Assembly: GCA_000934665.2 (NCBI GenBank)
Contig: KZ538473.1
Location: 48,786-68,785, forward strand
Source: Catajapyx aquilonaris
Taxonomy: Eukaryota
Direction of reading: 5' to 3'
Length of the DNA: 20,000 nt
The number at the start of each line of letters is the position of its first letter. Position 1 is the stretch's first letter. Shown piece by piece: positions 10,106-20,000 of the stretch. The notes beneath the pieces are model-generated. The model was not told where the DNA came from. It worked only from the letters and a program-made list of their open reading frames with translations, and ran no database searches. The translations under genes and the position numbers were made by a program.

Positions 10106-12774
10106 AATGCTCTATGCAAATTATTTTGCGCGGCCTGCAAGTGTGAAACATTGCCTCATGCAGTTATACAGATTATGAGGGCACTAACGCCATCGTTCAA
10201 TAATTAATTACTTGTAACGCACGGTAATACGAGCCCAGTGGGAATCACTCGAGGATTAATAAGGCTTGAATGATTAGATTAAAGCGTGCTGTAATGAAAG
10301 CAATTTCCTACGCCCCAGATACTTATGCCAACATACGTCGATCACTTGATTCAGTGTCTGCCAAAACGATGATGTAATGTGTCAGCTAAATGCCTATACA
10401 GCCATCATTGACAATGAGACCTGCATGACTCCATGTTGTGATTATAGACGGTAAGGCGGGGCTCCACTTTTGAAATTATTTTTCCAAGTCCAAAGTGAGC
10501 CATATTGATCGCCCCCGTATTTGGTAGGCGCGGTGAGAAGTGTCGCAGGTGAAAATATAGAGTTGGAGCTAATTCGTGACGACGCAGCAACTATTGGGTT
10601 ACCACCCGATAAAACGGCCCGGTGCGAAGAAAAATGAAGCGGGAAAAACGTGGGGACAGCTGCCGGATTCTGAAGTCTGTGACGTCAAGGACGGGCAGGT
10701 TAATTATGAAACGCGCTATATATATGAGTAGCTGCGGAATGTTGACAATGGAGCACCCGGGCCTTCATTTCCGCCCTTTTACCGCGCTGTGTTGTGGTCT
10801 GGGGAACTCGAATCAAGCGTCACGCCGATGCCCTCCCCTCTCTGCAAAAAGGGATCCAGTCCTGGCTTCAATTCTGAAAGCGTACTCATTTTCCGACTCT
10901 TTTTTACCTACACTCGCCATCCATGCCGTACACTGGCGTGGCGTCCCCGCGCCACCCGACGGCCATCTTGGTCCACTCTGCCTTTATTCAAAGAGGATTC
11001 TGCTCCATCTCGTCTCCTACTACCATCATAATCATGAGAGCAGCAGCAGAAGCAACACTAACAAACTATTCTTCAATTTACACTTGATGAATCACGCCCC
11101 ACAAAGTGAGATTCAAGATGGCGATACCCTTACCAATATATTCTCCCTCTCAATTGGCCAAATCCGGCAAGCTCAGGATCGCCAGCGATTTCCACAAATA
11201 TTTGTCGAAACAGATTCCGAGAGATGTCGCTGGTGGGTAGGAAAACTGACCGGCTCGGACGCGAAATACAAGGCAAAATATCTAGACACAAAAACTCAAC
11301 GTGAACGTCCAGTAGGCCTAACGTTGACATGTTATAAGCTAGAATACGCTTACATCGAAATGGACAAAGAAAAATGACACTGAGGTTCTCATCTACACTC
11401 TGAAACTTTGGGGTGCCAGACAAACTGTTTATCTGGTTGTGTATCAGCACGGATGAACAGTTCACCGTCACATGTTGGCATACAATAAGATGAGCAATGA
11501 TATCGTTTGCCCGTTGATTTCTACAAGCACAGCATTGTAACAGTTGGTTAGAGAACAATAAGTTTATAGAGGTCTAATAATTTTTGTTCCATTCAATAAC
11601 GGTTTAGATTGATCATCAGTCCTGTCATTTGAGATCATGCCATCACACCATTTTTGCCGAAAATTCCTATACAAACTAGTAACGTAGTGTACCTCACGTG
11701 TATAGCCAATAGTTGCATGAAAGTATAGGTCTCCAGAAGGGAGCATCGATTTTTCCTCATTGATTTATCGCTTGTGTTGGAATTGACGAGTGTACAGTAG
11801 GATGGGTAGTGGGTGTGCACAGCGTAAGTGCGAACCCGCAATGAAACCCATCGTAAATGTTGTGGTCAGCTACTCTCCCACTATGTAATAAGGGGTCAAG
11901 TCACAAAAGTGTATAGGGCACTTCTCCGTGGTTTCCAGTGATAGGTTGAATGGGCAGAGGAGGGTCTTGTGTTGCGCAATCGATGTGGAGAGTCGCTATG
12001 CATCATTCACGTGATGGATTTTAAAGCTATTTGAATGCGTATGGCACGAATAAACGTCATGCTTCATTCATGCCAAGTAAGTTTGTCATTGGCAACATGA
12101 ATGATTTCTCTTTCATCGTTTCCACTACCACATTTCTGCAGTTGCACCTTTTAATATTGAATTTGCTCATCGCGTTGTAAACTTTGGAAACTCGAGCAGA
12201 GGAAGAAAATTTCACGTAGGCCTGGACACCCTCTGCATTTCATGAAATGATCACAGCCTGCAAGCCTCGGTTCTGGCAGTGGGTGAGCTGGGCTATAGAC
12301 ATGCTAGTCCAGAATAGCGAAACCATTACCTTGTCAATTATTACCGCACAGTTTCCCGTACGGCGTTGATGTCAAAGGGTTATGTATATGTAGCATTTCA
12401 TCCCAATTTGGTCCAGCTCCCGGGTATAGATCCCTTGCGATGGGTAAATAATTTTACAGCGATATCACTTTACCGAACATTTCCCTGCTTATTACTGTTG
12501 ATGGTTTTCATCGCATCACATAGAGGCCTTTGGGAGGCAAAAAGTCGTATTTCCGTGATGTATTTCCCACACTTTGCCCGGTTTCTATAGCAGAATAAAA
12601 GCCTGCATGCATGTTATGTGCACTCGGGTTTTGTATTAAATTGTCGAAAACTCATGGAATTGGCTGACCTACGGGCCTATACGCGTGTCATGTGCAACGG
12701 TTTTGCTGTAGGCCATAGTTTCTGTGTATTCACTAAACTGACTGCTGTTGTCAGAAAAGTTTCATAGAGAGGTT

Positions 12775-12799
12775 ATAATCATATAAACGATATGATTAT
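12775..12799. repeat. Perfect 10-bp inverted repeat with 5-nt loop
   Basis: ATAATCATAT-AAACG-ATATGATTAT; the arms are exact reverse complements. Confidence 0.75.
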
Positions 12800-13803
12800 T
12801 CTTGCTACGCAGACTCCTGCCACGCGCATATAGATTATGCTTTAACCTACTTATATGACTGAATTCAAAGATTTAAACACCATTTCAAATTTTCCAGAGT
12901 GATGTTTTCAAGATTTGGTCTCTGCTGTATAGATCAAACCTTGTTCTCAGTCTTGGGCTACCCGCATGATGACGGGTAACAAATAAGCTGTAACGTAGTG
13001 TCAAAAGATGTAGGAAAATGCGATCGTTGGCCCCTATCCACAGCTGACGTGCTGGTTGTAGGCTTGATAATTTTTTGTGTGTAGATGGCCCCCACCATCA
13101 TCCCCCCAGGATATTATCCGATGCCCTCGAGTTCAGCCTCTTGGCAGCATGAAAAGGCGTCCGTGACGGGGTTTTCCAGAACGAGGGTGTCTCGTGACAT
13201 TTATTCAGCTGTTAATTAGAAAGCGCACGAGGGGAAATTTATAATTATCCGCGAAATAATCTGGCTCCAACTCATCCCCAAAGAATGTCCTTAGTGTGTT
13301 TTTAACACTCGGTCTTCATTTCGCCAGTGGGAACGTGATTCCTCCAGATTAATTCCGAGTTACCAACAGAGAGGTGCAAAGTTTTATATTGATTCCTGGG
13401 CCAGGTCCGGAAGCAACTAATGAAACGTGGCGTTGCTAGGGTTACTCACCTAATACTACTTACTGGAGTGTGTGTATGTGATGAAGGACGTGATCCGTTA
13501 AGGTGGGCTTCATATTTGCTGCTAGCCTTTGACAACATAAGTCATGATGATTAGCATTTTTTTACTGCGAAAGGCGTAATGGGTCCCAGGTAGTAGCACT
13601 CACTGGACATGATTGATGTTTGGCATACTGATTTCACGACACCGCGAGAAGAACATTGTCGCTAAACATGTGATCAGTCGACTACTTTTTAGGGGATTTG
13701 TTGGTGTTGATGTTGGAGTTTATACAGGCTATTGTTTTGGACATAAGTGGAGTCGGCAGATAATGTAATCCATTTTGAGTTGACCAGCACCTGTATGTGT
13801 GGG

Positions 13804-13816
13804 GTGTGTGTGTGTG
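13804..13816. repeat. Short (GT)n microsatellite, (GT)6G
   Basis: gtgtgtgtgtgtg read directly, preceded by imperfect TG-rich sequence from about 13792. Confidence 0.8.
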
Positions 13817-15892
13817 AATCGACTCTGTCACAGCATTAGCATTGGACAGTGAGTACAAAATAATGCAGTTTTGCACTACGCTTTTGTAAATGGCAGGATT
13901 TAGACTTGAAATTAGTGATACGGAAAAAGTTACTGTAATGATTGTTTTTGCATGCAGCAGACATGCAGTAAACATGTTTCGACATTGATACACAGTCACT
14001 CTTCTCTCCGTCTCTGGGAGGTTGAATATGAAAACTTTTGCGCATAATTTCGGTCATTGAAAATAAATGTAATCATTGCATCACACTACCTTTCTTTTTG
14101 TCGTACCAGAAATGCCCACAACTGATCGGGGCAAGGGGATCCAGAATAAATACCCTTTCCAAGCCAGAACATGAATTACAATGTATACGTCGTGCTGTGG
14201 CCTGTACTCATACATATGGGAGACGATGCTGCTGCTTGTAAAGAGACGTACTGTAGCCAGTTTCTGTGGTCATCAACTGTTTGGAAGGAAGGCGCCGGCA
14301 GAATTTTGTGGTCCAATTCTGGGAAGTTAATGAGTGCAGTGTGATAATTTAGCTAGCGCCTCAATCATCCCCTGTAGAGGGTTATTTATTCATAAACCTG
14401 TTGCGTGCTTCTAATTCACGGCCTGTGTTCAATTGTAGCTTAAACCATGCTGATCCCTAATAACTCGTGAGAAATGGCCTAAGAGGTGCACTGTACCGTG
14501 GTGCTCATGGCATAGGTACTCTGCATGGGGTTGAGGGTCGAGTGGTGGGGATCTGAACCTACAGGGAGTAACTTTGGAGGGTTATGTTTCTGCAAAAGCA
14601 CCCTGGACGCCATAGAACGCCACCAAGTTAATCTAATAACACGCCGCAGTTTATTGAGTGTAATAAGCCAATTTGCATGTATTGCAACAGAAAATGGTCT
14701 CCCCCCTTTTCCCACTACCCGATGTACCCCCGCAGTTATCTCCGCGGGGTTTCATTTATTTCCGTTTACTACACGTTGGCAAGTAACTTCTGTTCTTGGC
14801 GGCTAATTATTGTAACTATACACACATGCTGTAGTTGCATTTCCACCGTCATATTCTGTGATGATGAAGCCACACAAAGCGGTGGGTTCTGCGTGTACCT
14901 GACCCAACATAATATACCGGACCAAAATATGTATCCTAATGAGTTAGAGCATTTGAATGTTTGTTCAGTCTGTGTAGAGAGGGAAAAAGTCTTCACGAAG
15001 CCAAAAGTTATCAGACCGCTGGTGTGACACACCCTTGAGACCTCTCAAGGATAGCAAACCCTGTCCATGCAAACACAAGCGCGCATAGAGCTGTCGTTTC
15101 ATTACACTAGGCTTTGTTAACATAGGGCAGGGACTCGTGCCAGCAATGTCTCACTGGAGATGGAAACTTTGAGCACAAAGTCTTGAAAGTCAAGCATGCG
15201 CAGCCCCAAGTTCTTGTTGTCTAAACCGATTACCTGTTTATCCTAACTTCATGGTGCAGAGAACTTTAACATGTCACCACCTGGGAATTTGGGGGAGTCC
15301 CAGATTAACTTTGCGTCAAAAGTCCTTAGGGTTTGGAGCTGCAGAGAGAAGACGCACTGGTATTTCATTTTCTCCATTTTGACAGCAGCAGTTACAACTC
15401 CTGAAAAAAGCTCATGGGACGCCAATTGAAATTTCATATCACCATGTTTTCAAATGGTGCAGGAGTTTCCATCGAGTACCTCTAGAAGTGATGTACGTGA
15501 GGTCCACCCTGTCCCCTCCTCCCACCGGATTAGGGCCAAAACCAAACTTCATTTCCCGGCTCATTTGCCTAGAAAGCAGCCGTATCCCAAACGAAAAAGT
15601 AGAGAGGAGAGAGACCTGAGAGGAGCAAGTTATGTCCAGGCAACAGCACCAACAATCAATTAATTCACTGATTACGTGCAAAGAATGGCTGAAGTGTCAT
15701 CACGTAGCTGAAATCCTTATGTCATCAAAAAGTTTTAACGAGATTCTACTCAATTACTGGAAAACAATCGAATTACCTTTCAGGTCTTCGTCTCGTTTCT
15801 CTTGATAAGGACCTTTGATGATGGCATCTGCTCGAAGGGGCAAAAGAGGTTTTGGCGGCACAAGCTGAGGGTGGGTGAGGAGAGGGACCAAA

Positions 15893-15915
15893 GAGGGAGG
15901 GAGGGAGGGAGGGAG
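15893..15915 (+). repeat. (GAGG)5GAG tetranucleotide microsatellite; polypurine tract and G-quadruplex motif
   Basis: gagg x5 + gag read directly; contains five GGG runs with single-A loops (15895-15913) inside a purine-rich stretch of about 15867-15941. Confidence 0.88.
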
Positions 15916-17661
15916 ACGGGTGGTTAGGAAGAAAGAAGAAGCCTCTGAAGAGCCTGATCCCTTCCTGCCAGACTTACTTTTCAAAACATGCGTGACTGCG
16001 TAATATCATTTTTGACTCTGAAGGAATATAAGGGGATTTTTGAAGAAACGTGTGTGACGCTATTGATTTTTCTCCCCCATGACCTCCCACCAGCCAAGCC
16101 GACCACCACAAAATTCTTGTGGGTGTTGCGAGGCTAAGGTCGAAGTTTTACATCCATTTTTCCCCTCCTTAAATAGAGTGGTTAGGTTTTTAAAGATGTA
16201 GGCTACTCTTATGTGCTGGTGTGTTCAAGGCGATGCATAACTTTTTTACGTAAAAATATACTTGAAAGAATCGTGCCATGTTTAATATTTTTATGTCATG
16301 TTGACATAATAGTGTTTAAATCCTACCAAGACGCCATGTTACGTCACCTTTTTTAATTGGTGAAAAATGACATATTTCCCGCCAGATATACACGTAGGAC
16401 TTCCTTATGAAATGGTTTTGTTAGACTAGCTGAAGAATTATAACTGGAAGATTTACAGTCGAAAGCGTGTAAAGATGGCTGTAATATTAAGCATGAAGGT
16501 CGAAGCAATCTGGTGCCATTTATGCAGTTATTAAGGTAAGGTTTGTTGGCGGTTGTAAATTAGAGAACGATGAGAGGGTTGGGGCCGGCCTTCTACGTAA
16601 TTCAAAAGTGTATGGGTTGTCCCCTGCTCATTTGGTGCTGACCTGCACAATTAATGAAATTTGTTTCTTGGCCTCCTTTCCCACACTGTCCTTGGAAGGT
16701 AAAAAACTCAAGAATGGGCTCTGCTAACGACTAGTTGAGATGGAACAGACGAATACAAAAACTGAACAGGAAAAACTGCACCTTTTTTTGTTGATTTGTT
16801 GTAATGGTGGGAAAATGTTATCGGAATCTCTCTTGCAAATAGGTTCTATAATATAAGACGTGATACCATTTGCGATGAATCAGGGTGCAAAGTTTGGTTC
16901 CCACAGCAGGTACTAAATTGTGCACGCGTCACACGTGCACGACTGGTCTGGATGGGAATTGTAGCATATATTAATTGTTCAGGGAATCGTAACCGACGTT
17001 CCGCAATATAGTTCCGCAGAGTTGGGGCTTACACTCAGTGGGTAAGTGGTGACTGTGCGCTATGCATATTGTGAACTCTACGATTGATGTTACATTTGAG
17101 ATTTCACGGTCTCCGGTTCAAGTTTTTTTTGTTACGGTTCTTTACATAATAGCCTACTTGTTACTTTTCACATTCATGTGTGATAATGGTGTAGACTTGA
17201 AGTAATACGGGTCGGCAGCACATCTTAAAGCCTTTTTTGTCCCATAGAGGTTGAATAAAGTTCTTCCGCATCATATACGCACAATGTGTCTGGATGGAGG
17301 GTCTGGCAGGTGAAAGAATAGGTTAAGGTGTCCAAGACGCGTCTGAAGAGTGCGAGGGAAGAGAAAATAATGTAGAGGGCAGTAAAGGGTTTTCAGTTTT
17401 TTGCACGCTAGAATGGCCGGAACGTTCTGGCAAAATTCCACTTTCCCCCCATGTGAACGTCGTATATATCCATCTACTCCTGGGGAGTATCCCAGAAGAC
17501 CCGGAAGTTGAAGGAACCTTTAGGTAACGTGGTTCGTATAACACTTGCGTTGGTGTATAAGAATCATTCCTTATACGGGAAAAAGAAACTGCTCCAGTTG
17601 TCCCAAGGCTACCAACATTATTTCTACATAAAATGCAAAATACTGGTAACTTTCCGTCTAA

Positions 17662-17681
17662 TTAGCTTAGGTTAGGTTAGG
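17662..17681 (+). repeat. (TTAGG)3 pentanucleotide repeat preceded by one variant unit TTAGC
   Basis: ttagc ttagg ttagg ttagg read directly. Confidence 0.75.
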
Positions 17682-19865
17682 CGAATGTAGTGTTAACTTT
17701 TACAGGCAGACGTAAAGAAGTAGTGAACTGCAACATTTCTTAATCAACTTTATCGAAATTACTATTTCACTTCGCGGTCGTGCATATTTTTGTGACTGTG
17801 TGAGAAAATATTTGATGCGAATAATTGTAATATTAGAAACAAAGGCGTTCATTTGAACCCGGCCGGGATGAGATATTCTTTTGGAAGCAGGAATTTCCAC
17901 GGGCCCGCAGTAGATTTATTGCGTTCTTTAGGGTTTTAAAATATTATAGAATCGTGAAATTATTGTCGACTTCTTTGTGGAGTAAAGTAGAAAAGTTTTA
18001 ATTGTTAGGCCTCGACGACAAGTAATAATTCTCAAGTTTCAGGAAGTTGATAATAGCCTCCTCGGTAGTAACAAAGCGCGTTTCATTCTGGAAAAATGTC
18101 CGGAGTAATTGATACATCCATCACGTACCTTTATGTTTGCGCATTGTACGTAATTATATTTTTGCCTCCGTTGGGGTCATTTTTATAACAGCATAAGGCG
18201 GAACATTACGACCTTTCCTCACGCAAGGACGTAGTTACTGTGCCTTGGAGCACAGGTAATTCGCGCTGAGGTAAATTGCAATGACGATAAGCAAAGAGGG
18301 GGAAAAATCCCGGAATGAACGCCACAGTTGTTCGCCTACAGACGTAATGAGAAGAGTTAGACAATTACGGCAAATGGCCTTGCGGAAGGAAAACGTGGCA
18401 TGTCGCTATTCTTGGGCGAATAAGTAACTGGAAGGGAAAACAACTAAATTATTTACGGCACCATCTGTTACATTTCACCACAAGGGAATATTTCAAGCTA
18501 TTCTCCACACCGCAACTAAGCTTATAATATAACAAATAATAGATTTTTCTCCCTTTTTGTAGTCTCACGGTAACTGGGCTTTGGAGGTCCATTGCTTAGC
18601 TCTAGGTTACGATGTGTAGCCTACTTTTATAGAATGCCAAATAATCGTCAATTACTTACATTTGGGTAATACGTATTATGTATGCCTAGAGTAGCTCATA
18701 GACGAATGCAAGGAAAAGGTATAGCAGCAGCGCATTTCAGAGAATTCCGACTTGGATCATAACCTGCAAGTTTATAGTCGCTCGAGACAAAGTTTCTCGA
18801 GCCCCGTAGGTTGTCAGCATGAAATTTTCCAAGTTTTTCTGGCTCCTTGGTTTGGCTTCTGGGTACTTAGGGGGACACTATATTCCTTTGGAAGGCATCT
18901 ATGCTTGCATGGGCGTCATTCCAGAAAAAAATATTCTAGCTGGTGGTAAAAAACGGAGAAAGTCTGAGACTTGGAGGCAAAATAATGACTCCCTGCTGCT
19001 ACACCAAATATCAAAATATGCCCTAATGCATAGGAATGAGACGTGACGTCCTTTTTTGTGGCATCCGGCATTCAACTTGTGTGCGCGTGTGCCGATCATG
19101 TTATCTATTCACACGTTTCCTTCGGTAGGGGCCTGTATACCGAATAGGCAATTCGTAGATAATTCGCATCCGCGGTAATTGCAAATTAATAGCGTGTCAT
19201 AAAAGCTGCCTGCTGGAAAATGGACGGAAGAGGACGTAACGGTCACGAAAGCATGGAATTGGACCGAGTTACCTGGAAAGACTTAAAGTGCCGATTGTAT
19301 CGTAAGACATGAACCGTATTTCCATTGGGCCAGAAAGTACTACCCAGTGGTATGGGAATAATCGACAATTATAGTGTTATTTCAGATTGACTTCAAAGAG
19401 GGCTGAAAATATGGTTGGGCCGCTTTTTGATCGCAGGCACTTTTCCTATTTCACACTGCTTTTTCATCATCGGCCTTCTTCTGACAAAAGTGAAGAGGTT
19501 TAGGAACGGGGCCGGGGTGGGGGCCGGTTATTGAACAGAGGGATTCCATCGGGATGAAATGCAAATCTTCCTGCCCCATTTTCCATTCTTTCCTAGCCCC
19601 TTTACTCATTGCAAGAATCCGTTCCTTAATAGCGTCTCCGCTCAATTTTTAACCATATTTTGTGGACGGTTTTTTTGTGATTTTACGTTATCTACACCAC
19701 TAACTGGCACTTATTTTACTCCATCGCCGGGTCAAGTCCACTTAGATTCATAATGAGCAAGCAATTCTGGCTGTTCTATCTTCACTAGCATGTAAGCAAG
19801 TGCAAGGTGATTAATTTTGCAGTGTACAGTGCTGGACATATTAGCCGTCGCTGAATGTTTTTTTC

Positions 19866-19882
19866 CGGCGGCGGCGGCGGCG
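19866..19882. repeat. (CGG)5CG trinucleotide microsatellite
   Basis: cgg x5 + cg read directly. Confidence 0.85.
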
Positions 19883-20000
19883 TTACCTGGCAACCCTGTC
19901 CGGCGGGCCAATTCAAACATCAGCCCATGGAGAGCGCTTCCATTGTTGCCACTGTTTACATATCGAGTGAGTGACCCAGCGACGGGTCTCTTCTGCCTGC

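Noticed and set aside
12236..12249. 14-nt perfect palindrome CATTTCATGAAATG (similarly TTTTTACGTAAAAA at 16243-16256)
   Set aside because: One or two 14-nt palindromes are expected by chance in 20 kb; no context supports a function.
16533..16540. AAGGTAAG, a good 5' splice-donor match
   Set aside because: Isolated short motif; I could not assemble a credible exon or gene model around it by eye.
16920..16940. 7-bp dyad GTGCACG-N7-CGTGCAC (similarly GCTCGAGA-N7-TCTCGAGC at 18780-18802)
   Set aside because: The arms are built from self-palindromic 6-mers; short and expected by chance, with no U-tract or gene context for a terminator.
17110..17130. CCGGTTCAAGT followed by a T-run, resembling a tRNA T-loop/B-box and Pol III terminator
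   Set aside because: No T-stem closure, acceptor stem or cloverleaf upstream.
19508..19527. GGGGCCGGGGTGGGGGCCGG, a G-rich run resembling a G4 or GGGGCC repeat
   Set aside because: Only three runs of at least 3 G and no true tandem array.
269..19920. The remaining 60-140 aa ORFs in the supplied track
   Set aside because: They overlap on both strands, are rich in Cys/Ser/Arg/Pro/His and show no domain signatures; their lengths are what non-coding DNA yields.
19732..19920. Poly-Ala run in a 62-aa minus-strand ORF
   Set aside because: Simply the translation of the (CGG)5 microsatellite; no other evidence of coding.

Overview
I cannot identify any gene, RNA gene, mobile element, CRISPR array or multi-gene system in this window. 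It is not gene-dense prokaryotic or phage DNA: almost all ORFs are short, overlap in conflicting frames, often begin at GTG/TTG and translate to Cys/Ser/Leu/Pro-rich peptides typical of non-coding sequence. GC is roughly low-to-mid 40s % by spot counts (single 60-nt lines ranged from about 27% to 58%), and CpG is not obviously depleted. It reads as eukaryotic intergenic/intronic DNA or as synthetic (shuffled, Markov or model-generated) sequence; I cannot tell which. Directly supportable features are a few short simple repeats, two canonical G-quadruplex motifs, several small inverted repeats and one 15-nt exact direct repeat. The only region worth a real follow-up is about 9.0-11.4 kb. There the two longest ORFs (275 aa and 251 aa) diverge around a ~780-bp spacer carrying octamer and CCAAT motifs and an interrupted duplication, and one ORF ends in a weakly Agenet/Tudor-like pattern. 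All of that is low confidence, and I found no convincing novel system.
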